In this document: one piece after another, positions 1 through 8,002 of the stretch
Position numbering within the stretch: position 1 is the stretch's first letter
Layout: the number at the start of each line of letters is the position of its first letter
Assembly (NCBI GenBank): GCA_964510165.1
Contig: CAZEBC010000097.1
Span: 2,909-14,564, forward strand
DNA: 11,656 nucleotides
Direction of reading: 5' to 3'
Source of the DNA: an uncultured bacterium
GTDB lineage: Bacteria > Abyssobacteria > SURF-5
The notes under the pieces: generated by a model
The model's input: only the letters and a program-made list of their open reading frames with translations
What the model was told of the DNA's origin: nothing
Database searches by the model: none
Position numbers and translations under genes: made by a program

Positions 1-41
1 GATTGCTTCGATCGGAACTTCGTTCCTGCCTCGCAATGACG
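1..41 (-). repeat. CGTC-type REP-like palindromic unit, possibly truncated by the window edge
   Basis: The reverse complement reads CGTCATTGCGAGGCAGGAACGAAGTTCCGATCGAAGCAATC. It has a CGTC tag, outer arms ATTGC (2-6)/GCAAT (33-37) and an inner hairpin GGAAC-TTC-GTTCC (14-26). It resembles the widespread GTCATTGCGAG...GAAGCAATC intergenic repeats and lies just downstream of the stop codon at 65. Confidence 0.75.
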
Positions 42-64
42 GTGGCTTTGCAACGAAATCGAAA

Positions 65-2896
65 TTAGCGATGGGTTGGAGTTGGAGTCAGCCCTGGTGG
101 ATCAAACGTTCCGTTGCCGTCGGCATCAATGAAGACTGGGTTGGTGAAGGCAAGCGGCACGAACCCGGGGGCGATGATGTTGTAAAGGCCGCCGGGCGGT
201 TCGGGTGGCTTCGCTCTCTCCGGTAATGGGACGCCGGCTTCCGCCACGAGCCAGGTATCCTTTTCGAGTGTCATGGTGATGGTTTGCTCAAGACGAACGG
301 TCTGCGTGGTCGGCGCGACCTTGAACGCTTCGACCTGTTCGCCATTTGCAAATACGCGTGCCTCGCTGACCGGCACCCAGTCGGCGGCGAGGATTTTGAT
401 GGTGAGGGTGACCGCTCCGTCCGTATCTGTGAGGACGTCGCCCGGTTTGGCGCTGTTGGCGTCAATGAGGATGATCGGGCCGGTAGTGCCCATTACGCGG
501 CGCCGCGCGATCTGCGTGATTAGCGTTCGGTTGTCCGCGCGTTCAGCCGTCGGGTCATCGAGGAAGATGTAATTGCGCGGGTAGCCGGGCAGGTCGGCTT
601 TGAGATGGGTGTCCGAATTTGCGGTGGCGGTTTTGGGGTAGCCCTGGTTGAGCAGGCTGAACCAGTCGGCTCGGAGGAGGAGGTATTCGCGGTAATCGTG
701 GCCATTGAGCAGTTCCATGGCGTCGAAGTCAATATCCCGGATGCCGCCGGAGTTGGGGGTCAAGAGAAGGCTGTTGGGACTCTCGGTCAATGGTTTGGAT
801 GGATTGTACGCGAGCGGGGTGGCGAAATCGAGACCGAGCGCGTTGAAGTACGAGGCCTCGCCGTCGGGTTCGCCGCTGCGTCCATGATTCACCTGTATGA
901 GAGAGTCGCCGTCGCTGATAGCTCTGAGGCGCTCGAACAGGTCGCGCGGCCTGATGCCCTCGTCCCGGGCCGCGCCTCGGCGGGGACTGTTGAAATCGTA
1001 CCGAAGCGGCCAGGCATTGTAATGGCCTATCGTGAATGGGGTCGCCCGAATCCTGAATGCCGAGGTGGCCTCGACGCCGACAATTGAGGCGACGCGGTCC
1101 TGAAGATTCAGCTTAGAGATGATGGGCGCGTAATCGGTCAGGTTGTCGTGATCGGTCGCGATAAGCAGGTCAACCCCTTCCGCGACGAAAGAGATGACCC
1201 GCTGCTCCTGGGCAAGCGCGCTGTCGGCGCTGGCGACTGAATGCACGTGGAAATCGCCGCTCATCATGCCCGGGGTCTCTATCACTTTCGAAAGCGAAAG
1301 CCTGACGGTAATTTGAGCGCCCTGCCGACTCAGGTCGGCTTCGGCCCGGGCCACCGAATATTCGAACCCGCGAGTAGCGTAGAGGTTGTACTTTCCGGGC
1401 CGCAACTCGATCGGAACGGGCGCGGTTTCATTTCCGTCAAGGAGAATCCAATTTGCCAGGTTTGAGGAGCGCGTGGGCTTGCCATCAAGCGTGAAGTCAA
1501 GGAGATCGCTCCCCAACTCGGGGTCCGGTGTCCCTGAGCTTCCTTGAATGATGACGCGGGCGGGCGAGTGACGCTCCCCCTCGAACACTTCGACCAGCAG
1601 AGTGGCTGTTTGGGGCAATTCGATTTCACCGAGGTTGGTGAGCTTGCCCTGCTCGACGGTGAACTCAACGGTTAGCGGCTCGATCCGGGGCGTGGCGAGA
1701 TTGGGATCGCGTTCGAGCGAGCGAATTTGTGCGACGTAGTCTCCGGAAGGCAGCACCGCCTTGAATGAGCCGGCCTCCAGTCCTTCACGCACTGGTCGTA
1801 ACTGGGTAACAGGAATCCGGTCTTTCTTTGCGTATATGACAACGGAGGTCTCGGCGTCCTTCGGCGATACTCGTCCCATGACTCCGGTGTTTGCGTCTGT
1901 CATGCCGAGCAGAAGGAATGCGGTGTCGGTGGCCGAGGCGGCGTCGTTGCGGCCACCCACCACGAGAACCCGTTCGTATACCAACTCCTCGCCGGGCGCG
2001 ATTCCGAAGAAGAGAATCTTCCACAGGTCGAGCGCGCGGTTGAAGTTTCCGGTGAAGACGCCAATTCCGGAAACCAAGCGGTCATTCACTCCCCACAAGA
2101 GCCTTTTTTTCTGGTATTCGGTAGGCGAACAGAGCGCGTAGGAGATGGGCGAAAGGCCATTGGCGCCGCCGCCCGCGATGTAAGTGAATCCGCCAATACT
2201 TCGGACTATCGAGAGCGGACTGGAGGGATCAAGCTCCGGATGGTGAAAACCGCGAGGCGTGCCGCGAGCTTTGCCGAGGGTTTTCTCGCCGCTCGCGAAC
2301 GGCTTGATGGCGTCGTCACCCCAATAGACAATGTCGGCAATGTTGAAAATGCGGGCGCGCTTCCTTCCGTTGTTTCTTATCGTGGACTTGATGCGGAGAA
2401 AATTCTCGCCGCTGACGACGCGGTACTCCGTCTCGACCAAGATGTCTTTGGCAATGTCCTCGTCGAGGACCCCAAAGCCCGGCCTCTCGGGCATGAGGCC
2501 GTTTGCAGTGGAAACGGTTATCGCGGCCCAGTTCTCGCCGCGCTCGGTCGTTATTGTGTTATAGGGGATGATGAGGTCCCGTGTCATGTTGATGAGTTGG
2601 AGCACCTGAATGAGTTGGTCGGCATCGTGGCCGGCGAGCCCGAGGTCGAGAAGAGTGCCGCCGGAGAGGGAAAGTTGGTTCTGGTTCGACACATCGTCAA
2701 TGATCGCCCAGATGCGGTCATTGGAGAGATACCAGTCGCCGATACCTCCGTGCCTGTCGGGGCTGGCGACCAGGAGTTGGGGCGCGTTTAAAGGCGTGAT
2801 TTGGGTGACGACTGCTTCAGACCGAGCCGCATCGGGTTGAGTGAAGACGATGAAGCAGGCAAGGAAGAGAATTCGAAATATGGACCAATCTCTCAA
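65..2896 (-). CDS. Large, probably exported PHP-domain metallohydrolase (CehA/McbA-like), 943 aa
   Basis: N-terminal hydrophobic signal-like segment (FRILFLACFIVF...AARSEA) and beta-rich middle modules. PHP-fold metal-ligand motifs occur in order: GDFHVHS, ATDHD, GVEAT, GHYN, QVNHGR, MELLNG, ANSDTH. The C-terminus is AFTNPVFIDADGNG. The TTG start overlaps the upstream TGA (TTGA, 2893-2896), with GAGGAG about 8 nt upstream. Confidence 0.8.
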   Translation of the reverse strand: MRDWSIFRILFLACFIVFTQPDAARSEAVVTQITPLNAPQLLVASPDRHGGIGDWYLSNDRIWAIIDDVSNQNQLSLSGGTLLDLGLAGHDADQLIQVLQLINMTRDLIIPYNTITTERGENWAAITVSTANGLMPERPGFGVLDEDIAKDILVETEYRVVSGENFLRIKSTIRNNGRKRARIFNIADIVYWGDDAIKPFASGEKTLGKARGTPRGFHHPELDPSSPLSIVRSIGGFTYIAGGGANGLSPISYALCSPTEYQKKRLLWGVNDRLVSGIGVFTGNFNRALDLWKILFFGIAPGEELVYERVLVVGGRNDAASATDTAFLLLGMTDANTGVMGRVSPKDAETSVVIYAKKDRIPVTQLRPVREGLEAGSFKAVLPSGDYVAQIRSLERDPNLATPRIEPLTVEFTVEQGKLTNLGEIELPQTATLLVEVFEGERHSPARVIIQGSSGTPDPELGSDLLDFTLDGKPTRSSNLANWILLDGNETAPVPIELRPGKYNLYATRGFEYSVARAEADLSRQGAQITVRLSLSKVIETPGMMSGDFHVHSVASADSALAQEQRVISFVAEGVDLLIATDHDNLTDYAPIISKLNLQDRVASIVGVEATSAFRIRATPFTIGHYNAWPLRYDFNSPRRGAARDEGIRPRDLFERLRAISDGDSLIQVNHGRSGEPDGEASYFNALGLDFATPLAYNPSKPLTESPNSLLLTPNSGGIRDIDFDAMELLNGHDYREYLLLRADWFSLLNQGYPKTATANSDTHLKADLPGYPRNYIFLDDPTAERADNRTLITQIARRRVMGTTGPIILIDANSAKPGDVLTDTDGAVTLTIKILAADWVPVSEARVFANGEQVEAFKVAPTTQTVRLEQTITMTLEKDTWLVAEAGVPLPERAKPPEPPGGLYNIIAPGFVPLAFTNPVFIDADGNGTFDPPGLTPTPTHR

Positions 2897-3879
2897 TCGG
2901 GGCTCTCCTCGGGCGCGAGGTCGGTCTCGTAGGTCGGCTTCTTGTAGAGAATCCGCTCAAGTGCGCGTTGGTATGCGGTCCAGGAGGATTCGGAGTCCCG
3001 GTCCTCGGAGACTGCGCGAGTGATTATGTCGACTTTGACGTCGAGGTCATCGGCGCGGTGCAGGATTTCGGCCTCGAGGAACATGGGCGGCCTGGGCGAG
3101 CCCCATTCCGACTGGCCATGGTGCGAGAGCATCATATGTTCGACGAGCATGCGCAGGTTTTGCGGGAAATCCGGAATGTTGGCGAGTTTTTCGTCCACCA
3201 TCTGAATGCCCAGGATGATGTGCCCGAGCAGGTTGCCTTCCTCGGTGTAGTTTATGGAAGGGGTAACCTGCAACTCCTTCACCTTTCCGATGTCGTGAAG
3301 GATGGCCATCGTGATGAGGAGGTCGGCATCGAGAACGGGATAGTGAGTGGTCAGATACTCGCAGATGCGCGCGGTCGAGAGCGTGTGTTCGAGCAAACCG
3401 CCGACCCATACATGATGGATATTGCGGGCGGCCGGGGAGGCCTTGAATTTCTCCACAAACGCGTCGTCATTGAAGAACGCTTCGAGCAGCGCCTTCAGGT
3501 GCGGGTTGTTGACGGCCTCGATGTAGGAGCGAAGCTCGAGCAGCATCTCGTCCACATCGTGTTCGGTCTGCCGCACGAAGTCCGAAAGTTGTATCTCTTC
3601 GGGCTGGCTTAACCGCAGGCGACGGACCACGAGCTGACGCTCATTGTTGTAAACCTCGATCGTGCCGTCCACCTTGATGATGTCGTTCACCTTGAACTTG
3701 TCGTAGAACTCGAGCGCGTTGTCCCAGAGCCTTGCCGAGATGACTCCGGTCTTGTCTTGCAGCCTGAGGCTCAGGTAGGGCTTGCCCGATTTGGTGGAGA
3801 GAAGCTGCTTGGCTTGGACGAGGAACTGCGAGATTATTCTGTCGCCTTCGTTGAATTCGCTTATGAATTTCTGGTCCAT
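2893..3879 (-). CDS. yhaM: YhaM/CBF1-family 3'-5' exoribonuclease (OB-fold + HD domain), about 328 aa
   Basis: N-terminal OB fold (GKPYLSLRLQDKTGVISARLWD) and HD-domain motifs PAARNIHHVWVGGLLEHT, AILHDIGK, GNLLGHI, LSHHG and LHRADDLD. Start placed at ATG 3879 (MDQKF); the ORF-track TTG start at 3921 is an alternative. Confidence 0.88.
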   Translation of the reverse strand: MDQKFISEFNEGDRIISQFLVQAKQLLSTKSGKPYLSLRLQDKTGVISARLWDNALEFYDKFKVNDIIKVDGTIEVYNNERQLVVRRLRLSQPEEIQLSDFVRQTEHDVDEMLLELRSYIEAVNNPHLKALLEAFFNDDAFVEKFKASPAARNIHHVWVGGLLEHTLSTARICEYLTTHYPVLDADLLITMAILHDIGKVKELQVTPSINYTEEGNLLGHIILGIQMVDEKLANIPDFPQNLRMLVEHMMLSHHGQSEWGSPRPPMFLEAEILHRADDLDVKVDIITRAVSEDRDSESSWTAYQRALERILYKKPTYETDLAPEESPD

Positions 3880-3922
3880 TGGTGTACCGCGTTTCGGGTT
3901 GCGGATCGCGTGCTGCACCAAT
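3878..3922 (-). other. Imperfect intergenic hairpin bridging the hom stop codon and the yhaM start codon
   Basis: ATTGGTG (3878-3884) is the exact inverse complement of CACCAAT (3916-3922), with an inner CGCG/CGCG pair. The arms overlap the ATG at 3877-3879 and the TAA at 3922-3924. Confidence 0.45.
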
Positions 3923-5208
3923 TAGGCGATTCGAATGAGCGCGCTCTTGTGTTTGATGCAGCTCAGGTTATCAATCTCGGCCAGAGCCTGCCCGACGTTT
4001 CGTTCCAGCGCCTCATGGGTCATCATCACGACGGGGACGTGGCTGCCTCGATGCTGGGCTTTCTGTATGACGGAGGCGATTCCGATGCCGTGCTTGCCCA
4101 AAATGCCTGAAATCTGACCGAGGACGCCTGGCATGTCAAGCGCGGTAAACCGAATGTAGTAGAGCGAGTTGACCTCGTCAATATCCTTGATCCTGCGGTC
4201 GTTGACGTAGGCGAACGGGCGCACCCGCAAGGGCGAGCCGAAACGGATGTTCTTGCCGATGTCAATGAGGTCGCTTATCAGCGCGCTGGAGGTCGGCAGC
4301 TTGCCTGCGCCTCTACCGTAGTACATGGTCGTTCCGACGACATCGCCGTCCACCAGCAGGGCGTTGAATTCATCGCGGACGGATGCGAGCAGCGAGGCCT
4401 TCGAGACAAGCGTGGGGTGCACGCGCACCTCGACCTCGTTTCCGCTGCGCTTGGCAATGGCGAGCAGTTTGATGACGTAGCCGAGTTCGTCCGCATACTC
4501 GACGTCCTCGTGAGTGATCCTGGTGATTCCTTCCACGTGAACGTCGGCGAGATCCACCCGCATGTTGAACGCTATGGAGGCGAGTATGGCTAGTTTATGG
4601 GCGGAATCGTCGCCCTCGATATCGAGCGTCGGGTCGGCCTCGGCGAATCCTTTTTTCTGCGCCTCTTTGAGCGCGCGCTCGAAGCCCATCTTCTCATATG
4701 TCATTCGGCTTAGGATATAGTTGCAGGTGCCGTTAACGATGCCGTAGACGTAGTTGATGTTATTGCCTGCGAGCCCTTCCCTGAGCGCCTTGAGGATCGG
4801 GATACCGCCCCCGACGCTTGCCTCGAAGCAGAGGTCCACGCCGTTTTTCGCGGCAAGCTCGACCAGTTCGGCGCCCTGTTTGGCGAGCAGGGCCTTGTTG
4901 GCGGTCACGACGTGTTTGCGGTTGTTGAGCGATTCAACGATGAATTCGCCCGCGGGCGAGTATCCGCCAATCAGCTCGACGACCACATCAATCGAGGGGT
5001 TGCCGATGATGTCGGCGGCATTTTTCGTGAATACGCCGTGGGGGATTCCCAGTTGCGCGCGACGCGCCTCGTCGATATCGGCCGCCTTGCGGATAACCAG
5101 CTTTATGCCCGTTCGCAGAGCGACCTCGTTGGAGTGCTGCGTCAAGGTTTCATAGAGCCCAGACCCAACGACGCCAAGGCCTATGATGCCTACGCCTATC
5201 TCTTTCAT
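3922..5208 (-). CDS. hom: Homoserine dehydrogenase with C-terminal ACT domain, about 428 aa
   Basis: Rossmann motif GIIGLGVVG, plus VVTANKALLA, FEASVGGGIPI, GIVNGTCNYIL, GFAEADPTLDIEGDDSAHKLAIL and YGRGAGKLPT. ACT domain DMPGVLGQISGILGKHGIGIASVIQ. The ATG at 5208 follows the upstream TAA by 1 nt (TAA-T-ATG). Confidence 0.96.
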   Translation of the reverse strand: MKEIGVGIIGLGVVGSGLYETLTQHSNEVALRTGIKLVIRKAADIDEARRAQLGIPHGVFTKNAADIIGNPSIDVVVELIGGYSPAGEFIVESLNNRKHVVTANKALLAKQGAELVELAAKNGVDLCFEASVGGGIPILKALREGLAGNNINYVYGIVNGTCNYILSRMTYEKMGFERALKEAQKKGFAEADPTLDIEGDDSAHKLAILASIAFNMRVDLADVHVEGITRITHEDVEYADELGYVIKLLAIAKRSGNEVEVRVHPTLVSKASLLASVRDEFNALLVDGDVVGTTMYYGRGAGKLPTSSALISDLIDIGKNIRFGSPLRVRPFAYVNDRRIKDIDEVNSLYYIRFTALDMPGVLGQISGILGKHGIGIASVIQKAQHRGSHVPVVMMTHEALERNVGQALAEIDNLSCIKHKSALIRIA

Positions 5209-5209
5209 A

Positions 5210-6394
5210 TTATCGAGCCTCGCGGACACATTCTGCGATTCGCGTCAAGCCTTTGCGAATGTTCGCCTCCGAGGTCACAAAAGAAAATCGGAGGCGCGTG
5301 GAATCGCCGAAATCGGTACCCGGAACCGCGGCCACGCGAGCTTTCTCGATGAGAATCCTGCAGAAGTCATCTGTCGTTCTTATCAATGTTCCTTGCATTT
5401 TCTTGTCAATGAAGGCGGCCATGCTCGGGAAATAATAGAATGCGCCCTCGGGCGGCGGAGTGTCGTCGTTGAGGCATTCGTTCAAGCCTTCGACCAGCAG
5501 TTTTCTGCGCTTGTCAAATTCAACGAGCATCTTATCAACCAACGCATAGTCGCCCTTGAGCGCCGCGGTCGCCGCCTTCTGAGAGATGGAGCAGGGGTTG
5601 GAGGTGCATTGGCTCGTGATATTGCCGACAGCCTTTATGTAATCGGCGGGGCCGCCTGCATAGCCGATGCGCCACCCGGTCATTGAATACGTTTTCGAGA
5701 CGGCATTGACGGTGAAGGTGAGTTCCTTCAGTCCTCTGTCGAAGGAAGCGATGCTATGGTGCTGATGTCCGTCATAGACGATCTTTTCGTAACACTCGTC
5801 CGAGAGGATGAGAATGCGATGCTTCAGGGCGACCTCGCCTATGGCCTCAAGCTCGCTCCGGCTATAGACGGCGCCCGTCGGGTTGGAGGGGCTGTTGAGC
5901 ACGAGCAGCTTGCTCTTCGGCGTGATGGCCGCCTCGAACTGCTCGGCGGTCATCTTGAAGCCTTTGGTGTTGATTATCTTGGGCGCTCCGCCCGCGAGGC
6001 ACACTTGCTCAGGATAGCTAACCCAGAAGGGAGCGGGAATAAGCACTTCATCGCCCGGATCGCAGACAACCTGGAAGATGTTATAGATGATCTGCTTGGC
6101 GCCGCATCCGATGGTGATCTCCGAGAGTTGATAATCAAGCCCGTTGTCGCGCTTGAACTTGTCGGCGACGGCCTTCTTGAGTTCGGGTGTGCCGGACGCA
6201 TCGGTGTACTTGGTGAAGCCCTGCCTTATCGCCTCGATCGCGGCATCCTTTATGAAGTCCGGCGTGTCGAAATCGGGTTCGCCCGCGCCGAAGCCAACCA
6301 CATCAATGCCCTCCTCCTTCATCGCCTTCGCTTTGGCGGTGATGGCGAGCGTCGAAGACGGCTTGAGACAGCGTGCTCTCTCGGAGAGCGCCAT
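5210..6394 (-). CDS. aspC: PLP-dependent aspartate aminotransferase, class I subgroup I-beta, about 394 aa
   Basis: Motifs GAGEPDFDTP, TKYT..SG.PELKKAV, GAKQ, LNSPSNPTGAVY, SDECY, the PLP-lysine motif SKTYSMTGWRIGY, and EGAFY. ATG at 6394 is preceded by AAGGAAGG. The longer ORF-track N-terminus overlaps the upstream gene and is discarded. Confidence 0.9.
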   Translation of the reverse strand: MALSERARCLKPSSTLAITAKAKAMKEEGIDVVGFGAGEPDFDTPDFIKDAAIEAIRQGFTKYTDASGTPELKKAVADKFKRDNGLDYQLSEITIGCGAKQIIYNIFQVVCDPGDEVLIPAPFWVSYPEQVCLAGGAPKIINTKGFKMTAEQFEAAITPKSKLLVLNSPSNPTGAVYSRSELEAIGEVALKHRILILSDECYEKIVYDGHQHHSIASFDRGLKELTFTVNAVSKTYSMTGWRIGYAGGPADYIKAVGNITSQCTSNPCSISQKAATAALKGDYALVDKMLVEFDKRRKLLVEGLNECLNDDTPPPEGAFYYFPSMAAFIDKKMQGTLIRTTDDFCRILIEKARVAAVPGTDFGDSTRLRFSFVTSEANIRKGLTRIAECVREAR

Positions 6395-6399
6395 ATCAG

Positions 6400-7623
6400 T
6401 TATCCCTTCCTTTCCCGGGCCTTTGGTGTCACCGGTTTGACCACTCCGTCGGTTTCCATGACTTTTCTTATGCTGCGAAGCGCCTGTTTTATGCGGCGTT
6501 CGTTTTCGACGAGCGCCAGCCTGACGTATCCTTCGCCGTGGGTCCCGAAGCCGACTCCGGGTGAGACGCCGACCAACGCTTTCTCGAGCAAAAACTCGGA
6601 GAATTTCATCGAGCCCATCGAGCGATACTTTTCCGGAATCGGCGCCCATACATACATGGTCGCCTTTGGCAGCTTGACATTCCAGCCCATGCCGTTGAGG
6701 CCGCTCACGAGGACGTCGCGCCGCCTCGCGTACGTGCGGTTCAACTCGTCCACATATGACTGGTCTCCATTAAGCGCGGCGATTGCGGCGACCTGCACGG
6801 GCGTGAATATGCCGTAGTCGTAATAGCTCTTGAGCTTGGCGAGCGCGCCAATCACGTGCCGATTGCCCAGCGCGAACCCGACGCGCCATCCGGCCATGCT
6901 GTAGGTCTTGGAAAGGGAGTAGAACTCGATGCCGACCTCTTTTGCTCCTTTCGCCTGAAGGAAGCTGGGCGCCTTATAGTCGTCAAAACATATCTCGCTG
7001 TATGCGAGGTCATGGACCACGAGAATCTGCTCTCGTTTGGCAAACTCGACGACTTCTTCAAAAAAGGCGAGGTCAACGACCTGCGTTGTCGGGTTGTTCG
7101 GATAGCTGAGTATGAGTATTCTTGGCCGAGGATAGGCCTCATGGACCACCTTCGAGAGGTCCGGCAGGAAGTTCCGTTCCTCGGTCAGCGGGACGGTGTG
7201 CAGATGTCCGCCGGCAATCACGACGCTGTAGTAGTGTATCGGATAACTGGGGCTCGGCACGAGGACCATATCGCCCTCGTCAAGAATTGCGAGGAACAGA
7301 TGGCAGATGCCTTCCTTCGAGCCTATGACGGCTATCGCTTCGGTCTCGGGGTCCAGCTCGACTCCGAAGCGCGCTCCATACCACTCGCAAATTGCGCGCC
7401 TGAGATGCGGGATTCCGCTGGAGGCGGAGTACCTGTGGGCCTTGGGGTCGCGCGCCACCTCACAAAGCTTTTCCACCACGTGAGGCGGAGCGGGCTGGTC
7501 GGGATTGCCCATTCCCAGGTCAATAACATCCTTGCCAGCGCGCCTCGCGTCTAGTTTCATCTTGTTGATGCGAGCAAACATGTATGGAGGAATTCTCTCC
7601 ATATGTTTCGATGTAAACTGCAA
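6400..7623 (-). CDS. alaC: AlaC (YfdZ)-type PLP-dependent aminotransferase (alanine transaminase / DapL-related subfamily), about 407 aa
   Basis: Closely resembles E. coli AlaC along its whole length as I recall it: RIPPYMF, GMGNPD, HVVEKLC, IGSKEG, PSYPIH, VHDLAY, SLSKTYSMAGWRVGF, KSYYDYGIFTPVQVAAIAAL, VSPGVGFG, VRLALVEN..RIKQA. Probable TTG start at 7623 with GGAGGAG 8 nt upstream; ATG at 7602 is the alternative. Confidence 0.85.
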   Translation of the reverse strand: MQFTSKHMERIPPYMFARINKMKLDARRAGKDVIDLGMGNPDQPAPPHVVEKLCEVARDPKAHRYSASSGIPHLRRAICEWYGARFGVELDPETEAIAVIGSKEGICHLFLAILDEGDMVLVPSPSYPIHYYSVVIAGGHLHTVPLTEERNFLPDLSKVVHEAYPRPRILILSYPNNPTTQVVDLAFFEEVVEFAKREQILVVHDLAYSEICFDDYKAPSFLQAKGAKEVGIEFYSLSKTYSMAGWRVGFALGNRHVIGALAKLKSYYDYGIFTPVQVAAIAALNGDQSYVDELNRTYARRRDVLVSGLNGMGWNVKLPKATMYVWAPIPEKYRSMGSMKFSEFLLEKALVGVSPGVGFGTHGEGYVRLALVENERRIKQALRSIRKVMETDGVVKPVTPKARERKG

Positions 7624-7628
7624 AGAAC

Positions 7629-7910
7629 CTACTCCTCCAACTCTTCGTCGTCTTCTTCTTCGTCTTCTTCGTATTCTTCTTCCAGGATTGCGAGGACCTC
7701 GCCTACTTTCACAGTGTCGCCCTCGTCGGCTACGATCTCGGTCAGTATGCCGGACCGGGGACACGGCACGTTGAACGTCGCCTTGTCCGTCGTCATCTCT
7801 ACGAGGTCGTCATGTTCGCCCACCTCGTCGCCTTCCTCGTAATGCCAGTAGGAAACGGTCGCTTCATCTCCGGCGTCCTCGCCCAGATCGGGGAGCCTCA
7901 CCTTGAACAT
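7629..7910 (-). CDS. Stand-alone E2-type lipoyl-domain protein with an acidic C-terminal tail, 93 aa
   Basis: Lipoyl-domain pattern LPDLGE...W..EEGDEV...LVEMTTDKA...P.P.SGIL.EI...EGDTV.VGEVLAIL, with the lipoylation lysine in TDKA (K43). Tail EEEYEEDEEEDDEELEE. Strong RBS GGAGGT upstream of ATG 7910. Confidence 0.92.
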   Translation of the reverse strand: MFKVRLPDLGEDAGDEATVSYWHYEEGDEVGEHDDLVEMTTDKATFNVPCPRSGILTEIVADEGDTVKVGEVLAILEEEYEEDEEEDDEELEE

Positions 7911-7953
7911 ATCAATTACCTCCGAGAATCAGGATGATTAAGATTGTCCAACA

Positions 7954-8002
7954 CGTAGGGGCGCGATTCGCGCCCACAGGCGCAATAAATTGCGCCCCTA
8001 CG
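7954..8002. repeat. Inverted doublet of GTAG-type REP sequences (REPIN/BIME-like)
   Basis: Unit 1 (+) is GTAG-GGGCGCG-ATT-CGCGCCC (7955-7975). Unit 2 (-) is GTAGGGGCGCAATTTATTGCGCC (8001-7979). The outer ends CGTAGGGGCGC/GCGCCCCTACG form a perfect 11-bp inverted repeat. Confidence 0.85.

Noticed and set aside
6395..6649. N-terminal extension of the AspAT ORF, and likewise the extensions at 7624-7764 (alaC) and 10415-10738 (hbd)
   Set aside because: They overlap neighbouring genes or promoters and translate to low-complexity or Arg-rich sequence. Better starts with an RBS exist where homology begins.
5756..6817. 353-aa plus-strand ORF, and similar antisense ORFs at 2968-3612, 6856-7554 and 9729-10595
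   Set aside because: They lie antisense to well-supported genes, have no recognisable motifs, and are expected shadow frames in GC-rich coding DNA.
7632..7682. (TCT/TCG)n low-complexity tract, considered as a microsatellite or array
   Set aside because: It is fully explained as the GAA/GAC/GAG codons of the acidic tail and has no repeat-spacer structure.
7629..7910. Calling the small protein a biotin carrier (BCCP), GcvH or LysW
   Set aside because: It has DKA rather than the biotinyl MKM motif, is shorter than GcvH and lacks the ESVKA motif, and has no LysW zinc-finger cysteines or EDWGE terminus.
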